Source: Bdellovibrionales bacterium
GTDB lineage: Bacteria; Bdellovibrionota; Bdellovibrionia; Bdellovibrionales; UBA1609
NCBI GenBank assembly: GCA_965205945.1
Contig: CBDBIB010000003.1
Span: 128,001-192,000 of the forward strand
Direction of reading: 5' to 3'
DNA: 64,000 nt
Position 1 is the first letter of the stretch; each line of letters starts with the position of its first letter. Made by a program: the position numbers and the translations under genes. The notes below the pieces were generated by a model that saw only the letters and a list, made by a program, of their open reading frames with translations, was not told the DNA's origin and made no database searches. Below are positions 49,218-59,820 of this stretch, piece after piece.

Positions 49218-49862
49218 ATGAAATTTTTTATTGATACAAGCAACATTAGAGAGATTAAAGAAGCGGCAACTTATGGCTGGGTTGATGGTGTGACTACAAA
49301 TCCAAGTTTAGTTGCTCAATCTGGAAAAGACTTTAAAACTTTAATTGCTGAAATCTGTGACCTTATTAAAGGGCCGGTTTCAGCAGAGGTTTTAGCAACA
49401 GATTTAAAGGGAATGATTAAAGAGGGGGAGGAGCTTTCAAAAATTGCAAAAAATGTTGTTATTAAACTTCCTTTAACTTTAGAAGGGCTTAAGGCAACAA
49501 GGCATTTTGCTGAAAAAGGAATTCAAACAAATATAACTTTGTGCTTTCAGCCTGTGCAAGCTTTGTTAGCCGCTAAAGCTGGAGCAACAATGGTTTCTCC
49601 ATTTATAGGAAGACTTGATGATATTGGAGTATCAGGGTTAGGGGTGGTCAGTGAAATCAGGCAGATTTTTGATAATTATGGGTATGAAACAAAAATTCTT
49701 GCAGCAAGTATTAGACACCCCATGCATGTTTTAGAGGCCGCTTTAACTGCTGCAGACATAGTAACATTGCCATTTAAAACAATTGCTCAATTGGTTAGGC
49801 ATCCATTAACAGACTTAGGCCTTAAGCAGTTTATTAAGGATGGGGCGATGTTAAAAATATGA
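49218..49862 (+). CDS. fsa: Transaldolase / fructose-6-phosphate aldolase
   Basis: [31 protein letters not shown]. Confidence 0.93.
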   Translation: MKFFIDTSNIREIKEAATYGWVDGVTTNPSLVAQSGKDFKTLIAEICDLIKGPVSAEVLATDLKGMIKEGEELSKIAKNVVIKLPLTLEGLKATRHFAEKGIQTNITLCFQPVQALLAAKAGATMVSPFIGRLDDIGVSGLGVVSEIRQIFDNYGYETKILAASIRHPMHVLEAALTAADIVTLPFKTIAQLVRHPLTDLGLKQFIKDGAMLKI

Positions 49863-50321
49863 TTATCCAGGTATTTAAAATAACAACGCTGCTTTTAATG
49901 TTAGGCTTTAATTCGTGTATAAGTACAATGACGAGTAGGTTAATAGATCTTGACTACTCAGTTATTTCTATTCAAAAAGGAATTAAGGCAGCCTTTCCCA
50001 TAGGCTTTAAAACAGTATCTGTTAATGGTAGGGTCTTTGAAAGCTATCCATTTATACGAGATGGAAGAAAGTTTAAAGAATGCATCTGTTGAACGAGAAA
50101 GAGGTCGAGCTATTATTGATATTCGTGGAGTAGCTAGACCTTATACTGTTGAAGTTACAGTTAGAATAGAAGCAGCAGCAAATCCAAATTCTATTCAAAA
50201 AGATTTTATAGTTGTTGGCTACGATGATGTGATAGCTAAAATATTTTTGGCTAGGCTTAAGGCTTATCTCCAGAAGTCTAAGAAAAATAGTAATGTTATT
50301 GACGACTTTAGGGTGTATTAA
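49859..50321 (+). pseudogene. Lipoprotein-like gene split by a +1 frameshift near 50072-50078
   Basis: ORFs 49859-50092 (lipobox-like FNSC) and 50025-50321 join into one frame if one base is removed near tttaaagaat. Confidence 0.6.
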
Positions 50322-50335
50322 GCTAGAATATCCAC

Positions 50336-52289
50336 ATGAATGGATATCTATTTTTTGTGATTTCAATATTTTTTCTGGTAGTTATTTCTCCACGTCAAGG
50401 CACAAATGTTCGAAGATTATTTTTATCAACAGATAAAATAGCTGCAGATAGAACTTCACCGGCATTTTCTGCAATAGAAGATGCCTTTATAATTAAAGAA
50501 CTTTTAGATCATCAAGCGCCAAAAAAAGAAAAAAAAATGGATTTAAAAGGAATAAAGCTTTCATTAAATCAAAAACCTTTTAACTTAGAAAAAGTAGATT
50601 TAAGAGGTGAACTTATAGAAGTTGCTCATTTTACGAATAAATTTATTGCTAATAAAATTGTTAATAAAAATATAGAGCTAGCTTTAAATGGTTTAGCAAC
50701 TAAAAATATTTTTGTCGGGAAAAAATCTAGAATAATACCTTCCCAGGTAAAGGCTTATAGCTTAGCAAACTCAATGAGTAATACGGTAAAGCTTTTTCCT
50801 GATAAAGTTAAGGTTTTAAAAGATGAACAGGTTATTTTAAGTAAAGCTGTCTTGGCAGATTATACAGCGAATATAATAACTGGAAGTATTTTTTTAGAAG
50901 GTGAGGGGAATTTTTTTGGTGATGATTTTTATTATTATATAAATAGAAATTTAGATGGTAGAATTTATGAAAGTGGTGTTGTTGATGCTGAGCAAAATGT
51001 ATTTAAAATGGAAATTGGCGCAGTTAAGGGAATTTTATCTGTGGAGTTAAGGTCAGAAAAAGGGGATGTGCTTGCCTATGGTGAGCATATTTTAAATGAT
51101 GTAGAACAAGATCTAGAAAACTTAAATATTCAAATTTTTCCTTCAAAAAACCTTTTTAACAGGTAGGGTTTTAAGCTTATCTGAATCTGTAGAGGGAAAA
51201 GAACAAGCTGTACGGATATCTGAAAAAAAAGTAGAGGGAGTTTTAGGTAGTTTAAAAGTAGGCGAAGAAGGTTATTTTAACAAAGAGATTTTTGAAAAAG
51301 GGTCTTCTTTTATAGTAGAAACAAAATCTAAAAATTATTGGTCGGATTTAAATTTTGGTGTTGCTGGAAGACCGTTATACCCAAGGCTTATTAAAAAAGG
51401 GATTTTTAAAAACTTTGCTAAAACACTAGATCCTTTTGGAGAAGATATAAAAATTCACTCAGCAATTGTTGGAAGTGTTACACAAAAAGGCCTTGCACAG
51501 GAAAATATTAAGATAATACTTTTTAAGAATGAATATCAAAAGCCAATTTACTTTAATCCTAATGGATCGGCTAATCCAAGCTTAGTAAAGACAACTAAAA
51601 ATGGTGGATTTATCTTTACAAATATTCCTAAGGGGGCTTACTTGGTGCAAGCCATTAGAGGTTCTAAGGTGGTAGCTCAAAAATGGTATCTTGTAAGAGA
51701 GGGACGAATTTCACAGGGACAGCTTAATATTAAACCCAATCCTGTGTTAATAGCTTCGGGTGAAAGTTTTCCTAGAAATAAAAATGAGGAAAATTTTATG
51801 CTATATGAAATTGGTATAGATAAAGATTTTACTTTAAAATCTAATAATGAGATTCAAGTAAAAACATTTACAAATCCAGAACTATTATCATTGAGCATAG
51901 AAAAATCAGAACAGCATGCTGATCATATATATTTAACATCTGCTAAAACTAGAAAGAAAAGATTTAAAGTTGTTAAAAATGAATGGCTAAATAAATTCTT
52001 AAATAATAGGCGATCTAATGCAAACAGAGCAATGGGCTTTGTGATTGGATTTATTGAGCAAAATAATTTTAAGGTTGTTAAAGAAACAACGACTGCGTTG
52101 TCGTTAGAATCACAAATTTTTTATTTTGATAAATATGGCAACGCCACACAAAGTGGTCTTATTGGTGGCGGTTTTATTATTACAGAGGCTTTAAAAGGGT
52201 TTAAATCTGTGGTGGTTTCTATAAAAGGAAGAGATACATTTTTAAACAAAGTTGTCATGTCTAAGCCATACTCAATAGCAATATTTTAA
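50336..52289 (+). pseudogene. Large exported hypothetical protein split by a +1 frameshift near 51145-51160
   Basis: After cttcaaaaaacctttttaac the +1 frame (GRVLSLSESVEG...) stays open into ORF 51642-52289; one deletion gives about 650 aa. Confidence 0.7.
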
Positions 52290-52696
52290 TTGTTTAAAAT
52301 ATATTTTTTAGCTTTGTTAATTTGATCTTGTTCACCAATTTTATAGGTTCCAACATTAGAGATAGTGTGTCCATTTTCGTCAATGCCCTTAATGATAGCT
52401 ACAAGATAAGTGTAGAGTTCAGGGTTTTCTGGTGCTAAAAAGCTTAAAGATCCTGAATTATTTATGTCTTTTAAAAAAAGTTTAGTTTTTTCTTTTTTAT
52501 GATTAACAGCAAGAACTTTAATACGAACATTGGTATGCTTAAGGGGATCGATTTTAAAATCAATTTTATTAATGTCTTTAAAAGAAATAAAAATAGCTTT
52601 TTGAAGTTTCATAGTGTAATGAGTTTTTAAAGATTCTTTTTTTATAGAGCAAGAGGTGAGAAAAAAGATACTTAAGAATAAAAATTCATACTTCAT
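52286..52696 (-). CDS. Hypothetical lipoprotein
   Basis: Lipobox LTSC; adjacent to the upstream lipoprotein gene. Confidence 0.65.
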   Translation of the reverse strand: MKYEFLFLSIFFLTSCSIKKESLKTHYTMKLQKAIFISFKDINKIDFKIDPLKHTNVRIKVLAVNHKKEKTKLFLKDINNSGSLSFLAPENPELYTYLVAIIKGIDENGHTISNVGTYKIGEQDQINKAKKYILNN

Positions 52697-54493
52697 TTAA
52701 AAATTCTCCTTTTCAAAACCTGGAAATTCATAATTTATAGAAAGTGTATTTAAAGAGGGATCTTCTTCTGGAAGAGTTGAGATTACAACAGCAATCATAT
52801 AAGTTGTTCCATTAGGGCCACCATTTAAATCTAAAGTGGTATCTTCGCTTATAGGGCCAAAAATAGATTCTGTTAAATCCTGATAAGTATTTTTAAAAAC
52901 ATGGAATTTAACATGACCTTCTTTTCCCGGCATGTGACCTGTGGTTGTAGAGGTGATAGAAATAGTTTCAACATTTAATGCAGCAACAGTTAGAGTGTAG
53001 TAATCAATTGAGAGAAGAGGGTGATTATCTGGTAAGTAAGGGTATACTTGAGAAGTATAAGGCTTTTTGAAACTAAAACTTGCAGTAGTATTTCCTCGGC
53101 GTAGACCTTGTCCATACTGGGCGCGAAAAGTGCCTACAGGCGTGCTAATGGGTTGGGTCATAAAACTATGGGTAAGAAGCCTATTCCAGTTGCTATCATC
53201 TCTAATGGGGGTTAGAGAATCAATACTTTCTAAAAGTAAACCTAAAGAGGCTAAGTGAGCCTTACTATTATTAAAACCTATTTGTGATCCTGTGCTGCTA
53301 AAGGCCTGCCAAAATTCTGGAAAGTAACCACTAACATTGTCAAAATCTTCTTCTGAAGCAGCTTCATTAAATTCAGTGTCATGCATATCCCAGAGTAATC
53401 TTGCAACAGCAAACTCTCGAAATTCACCCTCTCCTTTATGAATAGGGGAGTCAGAACCTTCATTTTCAACAGAAAGTTTAAGACGAAAACCTGTAGAGCC
53501 ATCAGAGTTTCCTCGAGTATCAAGCACTGTAGGAATATTTGTTATAAAAGCTTGGTAAAATTGTGCTGCTCCTTCTGACCATGCAGATCTAGGGTCTAGA
53601 ATTTGATTTCCGTTATGTGGACCTCCAGGGCTATGATTAACGGAAATGGCAGATTCTAAAAAATGGAAATATTCATGAAGAATAATAGAATTGTCAAAGT
53701 GATCTGTATCTGTAAAATCGACATCTCCGTTTGAGCCACCAAGTATAAAAATCTTCATTTGAGGTCTTGATAGAAAAGATAACCTTGAGGAACTCCCAAT
53801 ATAAATGCTAGGGTTAAAGCCTTTTTCCCAATAAATATCAACTTTTGGAATATCTAAAGGATCAGTTCCCTGTCCAGTAAGACTTGCTTTTAAGGTATCA
53901 AAAGAATTGTGAATTTGATCTAAAATATTAAAAGCTCCACCAATAAGGCTTTTGTCACCCTCAGCTACAAGATTAATATTGGATTGGTTGTTATTGGAAG
54001 TAAAAAAATATTGAATTTTATGGAGCTCATTAGTTTCTGGTGCAATAAAGACACTTGCTTTATTATGCGAATTATTAGAGCGAGCATAAATATTTAAAGA
54101 TAAGGCTTTGCGGCTTTGTGGAACTTTAAAAGAAAAGTTACCATTACCATCAGTTTCACCACATTGTAAGATCTTACCACTTACATCCATTACGTCATAT
54201 TGAGCATGTCTAATTGGACGGGTATCTTCTGCAATATCTAAAAGTCCTTCATTAGAAGGATCGGTTCCAATAGGTCTATATTCATATGTGGCTTGTCCAG
54301 AGATAAGGTAGCTTGAGTTATGAACGATAGTATTATTGCAGTAAGTTTTTTCTAAAGGGCTTTGCTTCCCTGGTGTCCATGTTCTATTTATGATATTATT
54401 AGCAACATCAGAGTATTTCTTAGAACCACAGCCCATTAAAGAAAGTACACTTAGAGTTGTTAAAGCACCATTGAGAATAAAGAACTTAACCAT
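52697..54493 (-). CDS. Lipoprotein with HEXXH zincin-like metallopeptidase motif
   Basis: Lipobox LMGC; IILHEYFHFLE followed by SPGGPH and AWSEG (possible third ligand E). Confidence 0.7.
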   Translation of the reverse strand: MVKFFILNGALTTLSVLSLMGCGSKKYSDVANNIINRTWTPGKQSPLEKTYCNNTIVHNSSYLISGQATYEYRPIGTDPSNEGLLDIAEDTRPIRHAQYDVMDVSGKILQCGETDGNGNFSFKVPQSRKALSLNIYARSNNSHNKASVFIAPETNELHKIQYFFTSNNNQSNINLVAEGDKSLIGGAFNILDQIHNSFDTLKASLTGQGTDPLDIPKVDIYWEKGFNPSIYIGSSSRLSFLSRPQMKIFILGGSNGDVDFTDTDHFDNSIILHEYFHFLESAISVNHSPGGPHNGNQILDPRSAWSEGAAQFYQAFITNIPTVLDTRGNSDGSTGFRLKLSVENEGSDSPIHKGEGEFREFAVARLLWDMHDTEFNEAASEEDFDNVSGYFPEFWQAFSSTGSQIGFNNSKAHLASLGLLLESIDSLTPIRDDSNWNRLLTHSFMTQPISTPVGTFRAQYGQGLRRGNTTASFSFKKPYTSQVYPYLPDNHPLLSIDYYTLTVAALNVETISITSTTTGHMPGKEGHVKFHVFKNTYQDLTESIFGPISEDTTLDLNGGPNGTTYMIAVVISTLPEEDPSLNTLSINYEFPGFEKENF

Positions 54494-54565
54494 ATAATAA
54501 CCTCGGTTAAATGTAGGGTTGTCATTAATGAGTTTGGCGTATTAATATGAGACAAAGGGAGGGTT

Positions 54566-54799
54566 ATGGGTTTAAAAGGGAGAAATTCTGAAATTCTTCA
54601 TAATGAGGAGCGTTATCATATACAGACTGAAAGCTGGGTTCCTGCTGAAAAGGTTTTAGTGGCACAGGTTTTTAAGGGTGGACAGCTTGTTTTTAAAAAG
54701 AAAGTTACTCTTCAAGAGGTGGGAGGTAATTTTAATGATGCCATTGTTTTAAAAGTACATGAAGATATAATTAAAGAGCTTAAAGAATTGTTAATTTAA
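54566..54799 (+). CDS. Small hypothetical protein
   Basis: GGAGG RBS; G.NS.I.....YHIQTE.W motif; upstream of the S41 protease. Confidence 0.65.
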   Translation: MGLKGRNSEILHNEERYHIQTESWVPAEKVLVAQVFKGGQLVFKKKVTLQEVGGNFNDAIVLKVHEDIIKELKELLI

Positions 54800-54811
54800 T
54801 AAAGAGAGATT

Positions 54812-55951
54812 ATGAAATACCTTTTTGTTTTTATATTAGGTGCTGGAGTGAGTTATTTAGTCTTTGGTGTTTCTTTGGGGCACTCAGGAGGAAGATATGA
54901 TAAGCTTCGTATTTATACTCAGGTTTTTAATTTAGTAGAAGAGCATTATGTTGAAAAATTAAATATTGAAGAGCTTGTGATATCATCTATTAGAGGTATT
55001 TTAGGAAAACTTGATTCATATTCAGGTTATTTAAATAAGCAAAGGTTTAAGAAATTTAAAAATGAAACTGATGGAGGTTTTAGTGGAATAGGCTTTGAGC
55101 TAGCATTTAAAAAAAGAAATTTAGTGGTAATTAGTGTTGTTGAAGATTCTCCTGCATGGAATGCAGGAATCTTACCAAAAGATCAAATTATAAAAATAAA
55201 TGGTATGAAACTAAATGCTCTAGATTTTATAGAGGCTTCAGGGTTGTTTCCTAAGAAAAATAATAAGAAAGTTAAATTGACAATAATACGTTCTGGAAAA
55301 GATGAACCCTTAGAAGTGATTGTTAGAAAACAAAAGATTAAGATTAATCCGGTTAGAAAGGTATTTAATAAAAAAGGGTTATTGGTTGTTAGAATCACTA
55401 GTTTTTCAACTAATACAAAAAAAGAAATGCAGGCTCTTTTAAAGCAAGAAAAATTTGACAGATTGTTAATTGATCTTAGAAATAATCCGGGAGGACTTTT
55501 AGGTGAAGCCATTGAGGTGGTGGATCTTTTTGTAGAAGAAGGTGTTATTGTAATTACTAAATCACGAAGTCCAAATGATGAAGTAAACTTAGCAAGAAAA
55601 GACAATACGCTTTATCCAACGGTTCCTTTGTATGTGTTAATTGATGATGCTAGTGCTAGTGCTAGTGAAATTGTAGCAAGTTCGTTAAAGGATTTAAAAA
55701 GAGCTAAGCTTTTTGGGAAAAAAACCTATGGTAAAGGGTCTGTACAAACGGTGATTTCACTTCCTAGAGATCAGGGGGGAATTAAGCTTACAATAGCAAG
55801 GTATTTTACAACTTTAGGTAAAATGATTGATAAAAAAGGTGTAGAACCGGATTATATTTATCCGAATAAAAAAGAGGATATCTATCCTGTTAAGAACTTT
55901 AAAGAGGATAAAGGTCTTCAATGGGCTATAAAAGAAATTAATAAGCTTTAG
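54812..55951 (+). CDS. ctpA: Carboxy-terminal processing protease (S41, PDZ)
   Basis: GIG PDZ loop, DLRNNPGGLL, SASASEIV, TYGKGSVQ. Confidence 0.93.
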   Translation: MKYLFVFILGAGVSYLVFGVSLGHSGGRYDKLRIYTQVFNLVEEHYVEKLNIEELVISSIRGILGKLDSYSGYLNKQRFKKFKNETDGGFSGIGFELAFKKRNLVVISVVEDSPAWNAGILPKDQIIKINGMKLNALDFIEASGLFPKKNNKKVKLTIIRSGKDEPLEVIVRKQKIKINPVRKVFNKKGLLVVRITSFSTNTKKEMQALLKQEKFDRLLIDLRNNPGGLLGEAIEVVDLFVEEGVIVITKSRSPNDEVNLARKDNTLYPTVPLYVLIDDASASASEIVASSLKDLKRAKLFGKKTYGKGSVQTVISLPRDQGGIKLTIARYFTTLGKMIDKKGVEPDYIYPNKKEDIYPVKNFKEDKGLQWAIKEINKL

Positions 55952-56438
55952 TAGAATTTTTGCACAGTAAACGTTAAGGTGAGATTAAAAAATTGATTTT
56001 AAGGTGTCGTTGTTAAGCTTAAAATCTTTTTATATGTAATAAAATAGTATTTTTAGTGAAAATCTATTTTTATAAATCTTTTGCATGAAAACTGTTAAAT
56101 AATTAATTTTTTTATAATAAAAAATCAATAAAAGTAAGAATTTTAGAGTTTTTTGTGGCTTAGAAGAGCTAAAAATGAGCGGTTTAAAAGTAAGGCTCTT
56201 TTTAAACCCTTTATAAGAATAAGGCAATTTTATAATAAAGATAACTAATGGTAAGCTAAAAAACATTTTTTAAACAGGTGGGTTTAAATGTTATTGTTTT
56301 TTTAGAAGGAAAAAATTTAGTGTAGAAGATTTTAAATGTCTTTAAGTTTAGAATATAAAACTTGTAATTATGGCTTTGCATAGTGATCAGCATATGGTTG
56401 AATAATAAGATATTTGAAGATGGGGGAAGTCATTATTT

Positions 56439-57113
56439 ATGATAGATGAGGCAGCATATTTACTTACAGGAACTCCAGTTGATTTAATAATGAGATTTTT
56501 GTTAGCTTTTGTAGTGGGATCTTCAATAGCAATCTTATATGTTGGAACTTTTCAAGGCTTGTCATTTTCCAAAAACTTTGTGCACTCATTAGTGTTGAGT
56601 CCAATTGTTACAGCTATTGCAATGATGGCAATTGATGGAAGTCTTGCTCGTGGTATTGGTATGATGGGGGCATTCTCTATTTTAAGATTTAGATCAAATA
56701 TTAGAGATCCTAGAGATATGTTTTTTCTTTTTGCAAGCTTAGCTTTAGGGATTTCTTGTGGTGTTGGAGCAATAGAGGTTTCTGTTATAGGATCGATCGC
56801 TTTCATTGGTGCTATTTTAGTTTTATCAAAAGTTCCGTTTTCTCAGACAGCAAGGTTTGATGGAGTGTTAAAATTTTCTATTCAAAGTTATTCAGAAAAC
56901 AAGAGTTTAGTGAATTCTAGTATGGAGAAAATTTGTAAGAGGTATTCTTTGGTTTCTATGAAACAAACCTCACAAGGTGAAATTCTTAATTATGTGTATC
57001 ATATTAGGCTTAAAAAAGGTTTTGCTCAGGATGATCTTGTAAATGAGCTTAAAGCAATTTCAGGATTAGATGGGATTTCTGTATTAGTCAGAGATCAAGA
57101 GGTAGAAATGTAA
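56439..57113 (+). CDS. DUF4956 (MgtC-like) membrane protein
   Basis: SLARGIGMMGAFSILRFRSNIRDPRD signature, several TM helices, ACT-like C-terminus. Confidence 0.88.
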   Translation: MIDEAAYLLTGTPVDLIMRFLLAFVVGSSIAILYVGTFQGLSFSKNFVHSLVLSPIVTAIAMMAIDGSLARGIGMMGAFSILRFRSNIRDPRDMFFLFASLALGISCGVGAIEVSVIGSIAFIGAILVLSKVPFSQTARFDGVLKFSIQSYSENKSLVNSSMEKICKRYSLVSMKQTSQGEILNYVYHIRLKKGFAQDDLVNELKAISGLDGISVLVRDQEVEM

Positions 57114-57958
57114 TGAATTGGGTTAAAAATAGACAACAAGCTAATAGGGAAGAGGTGTTTTTAATTTCGTTTACAAAATATAATGTTTTTCTTACTTTGT
57201 CTTGGTGTTTTTGTACTGTGCTTTTATTATATTATTTTTTAGCCAAACAATCTGGATACAGATTTATGGGTGTTACGCAGGCCTATCAATATAGAGTACA
57301 GTTTAAAGAAGCTGTTGTTATAGATGAAATATTAGCTACTTCAGGTCAAGAGGTTAAAAAAGGGGAAACAATATTAAAATTATCTAGCTCAAAACTCTTA
57401 TATGATTTAGCAGCGGTTAATATGAAGCTTTATGAAAAATTTTCTAAATATAGACTCTATAATAATATAAAAGATTTAGATAAGTTTGTTAAAGAGCTTA
57501 GGTATAAAAAAGAAAAAACTTTGCTCGAATTAGAAATATTTTCATCGATTAACATTAAAAATATTATTGAAAAACAGATTGAAAAATTAGAGGTAAAGGC
57601 GCCTTTTGATGGTTATCTTGGGAATCTTAATTTTGCCTTAGATGAAATTGTCCCAAGTTTTAATCCTGTTACATTCGTAACAGGAAAAAATGCTACAATT
57701 ATTAAATCATATGTGCTTGAGGATGATCCTGCTGCGGTGAAAGTAAGTATTGGTCAAGAGGTTAATATTTTTAGAGCAGATGGATCTAGAGGTGGAAAAG
57801 GAAAAGTTTTTCAAATAGGAGCTGAAGTTAGAGAGCTTCCAGCAAGATTTCAAAAGACTGGGTATGACAGGATTTATGGACGAGAAATTTTTGTAAAAAT
57901 AATAAATGAAGCAGCTTTTATAACAGGTGAAAGGATATTAATTGAGTTTAGTAAATAG
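57113..57958 (+). CDS. HlyD/membrane-fusion periplasmic adaptor-like protein
   Basis: Single TM, lipoyl half-motifs GQEVKKGETI and VKAPFDG flanking a helical hairpin; TAATG overlap with the previous gene. Confidence 0.78.
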   Translation: MNWVKNRQQANREEVFLISFTKYNVFLTLSWCFCTVLLLYYFLAKQSGYRFMGVTQAYQYRVQFKEAVVIDEILATSGQEVKKGETILKLSSSKLLYDLAAVNMKLYEKFSKYRLYNNIKDLDKFVKELRYKKEKTLLELEIFSSINIKNIIEKQIEKLEVKAPFDGYLGNLNFALDEIVPSFNPVTFVTGKNATIIKSYVLEDDPAAVKVSIGQEVNIFRADGSRGGKGKVFQIGAEVRELPARFQKTGYDRIYGREIFVKIINEAAFITGERILIEFSK

Positions 57959-58946
57959 GGTTCTTTTTTTAATATTAATTTCACAAGAAGGTTTTTCGAT
58001 TTCAAAGGGAACTGTTATGAATAATTTAATTAAAAATATTGAACTAAGAACTCAGTATAATTTTGAGAACGAAGAGTATAATAATACCCTTAGGTTTAAG
58101 CTTGGATCTTTAAAGGTTAGTGCTAAGAATAAAATATTAACTTTAAATGAAAATGAAGAGAGATCACAATTTTTATATATTAAAGCAGAAAAAAGAATTT
58201 CACAGATCCACTCATGGAATAAAATTCAAGTATCAAAAGAATGGAGAGCGGATTTAATAAATGCGTATGATGCATATAAAGAATATTTAAAATCTAATCC
58301 TGCCGCAATAAGAATTTCTATAGATATTGATGTTAATGAAGTCTTATTTTGGTCTGAAAATCTAACGAATTTAGAAGTTAAAGATAGTTTAAAAAATGTT
58401 TTAACTAAAGACATAGATAAGAAAGCGATTCTAAAAAGTTTGAAAGAAAGGGGTTTTAAAAAACTTTTGTGGATTAAGGATATTTATAAAGCTGATAATA
58501 CTTTAATAAAATTTTTAGAGCTAGGAGTTAAGGGAAGTTATAAAAATTCTAGTAAGAATGATTCAGTTGCAAGACTTGGGCTTACTCTTCCTTTAGGATT
58601 TGTGGGTGAAAAGATTGAATCTAGAAATAAAATGATTGTTGATCAGTATAGGATTAAAAGAGAACAGGTCCAAAGAGAATGGGAATTAAATAAGGCCTAT
58701 GAAGAGTTTATATTTAAGAAAGAAATGTATCAACGAGTTGAATCTAATTTTGTTTCAAAGTTGAAAATTAAAAAAATAACTTCTTCAACATCTATAAGTG
58801 TTGAAGAAAAAATTAAAATTTACTTAGATGCAATAAAAGCATCTTATAAACTTATGGAGTTAAAAGCTGAGGCAGCTGTTTTATACAATAAGGTTATGCT
58901 TCTTGATATGAATATTGATAAAAACAAATTTATTGGTTTGGAGTGA
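57942..58946 (+). CDS. Divergent TolC-like outer-membrane factor
   Basis: Signal-peptide-like N-terminus, long amphipathic helices, beta-strand motif ARLGLTLPL; located after the HlyD-like gene. Confidence 0.5.
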   Translation: MSLVNRVLFLILISQEGFSISKGTVMNNLIKNIELRTQYNFENEEYNNTLRFKLGSLKVSAKNKILTLNENEERSQFLYIKAEKRISQIHSWNKIQVSKEWRADLINAYDAYKEYLKSNPAAIRISIDIDVNEVLFWSENLTNLEVKDSLKNVLTKDIDKKAILKSLKERGFKKLLWIKDIYKADNTLIKFLELGVKGSYKNSSKNDSVARLGLTLPLGFVGEKIESRNKMIVDQYRIKREQVQREWELNKAYEEFIFKKEMYQRVESNFVSKLKIKKITSSTSISVEEKIKIYLDAIKASYKLMELKAEAAVLYNKVMLLDMNIDKNKFIGLE

Positions 58947-58950
58947 TTTT

Positions 58951-59745
58951 ATGGATAGTGGTGGCCTAGATAGGAATAAAATTTCTAGATACGAGCTTAA
59001 ATATATTCTTCCTAAAAGTATGGTTTCACAAATTGGAGATTATATTGAAATTTGTTGTCAAAAAGATAACCATTCTTTAAATGTGTGCGATGGCTATTAT
59101 ACTGTAAATACGCTTTATCTTGATTCTCCTAATTTTTTACTTTTAGACCACAAGCGTTCAAATATGAGTAAAAGATTTACACTTAGAATTAGAAGTTATG
59201 CAGATGGAGAATCTCCACCATATTTTTTTGAAGTGAAAAAGAAAGCTGGAATGCTAATTAATAAAATTAGAGCATGTGTGAAAGAAAAAGATTTATATGA
59301 AGTGTTTAAGCATCCAGATGGGGCATTGGGTTTGTCCTTAGAAGATAAGAAGAATTTAAAATATTTTATTCGAAAATCTGAAGAGCTTCATGCTCGGCCA
59401 AAAATATTTACACAGTATAAAAGACTCGCATATTTTTCGGTTCTTGATGAGTACGTGAGAATCACATTTGATAGAGATCTTAAATTTTGTAAATCAAAAG
59501 TCTTTAATGTTATTCCAGGGCATTATGATACTCAGAATTATGATTATGATATTTTTTTAAAGGGAATGCCGGCAAACAGTGTTGTTTTAGAAATAAAAAC
59601 ACTGACTTCAGTACCAAAATGGGTGATTGAGTTGATTCAATATTTTGGTTTAGAAAGGGGTTCGTTCTCTAAATTTGAAAGTAGTTTGGATGAAGCTTCT
59701 GGTATTCAAGATGAAGAGCTCTTTTCATTAAGTTCAGTGAATTAA
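58951..59745 (+). CDS. VTC-domain polyphosphate polymerase (TTM/CYTH fold)
   Basis: RYELKY, TLYLD, LRIRSY, FFEVKKK, YKRLAY, RITFD, VLEIK, FSKF. Confidence 0.9.
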   Translation: MDSGGLDRNKISRYELKYILPKSMVSQIGDYIEICCQKDNHSLNVCDGYYTVNTLYLDSPNFLLLDHKRSNMSKRFTLRIRSYADGESPPYFFEVKKKAGMLINKIRACVKEKDLYEVFKHPDGALGLSLEDKKNLKYFIRKSEELHARPKIFTQYKRLAYFSVLDEYVRITFDRDLKFCKSKVFNVIPGHYDTQNYDYDIFLKGMPANSVVLEIKTLTSVPKWVIELIQYFGLERGSFSKFESSLDEASGIQDEELFSLSSVN

Positions 59746-59820
59746 GTAAATATTCAACTTGCTCAAGGCTTAAAGAAGAATTATTATTATTTAAATGATT
59801 AGCACTAAGGAGAATACTAG

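Noticed and set aside
56030..56266. 78-aa ORF in the AT-rich spacer before DUF4956
   Set aside because: Low-complexity F/K/L/I composition expected by chance in AT-rich DNA; no clear RBS.
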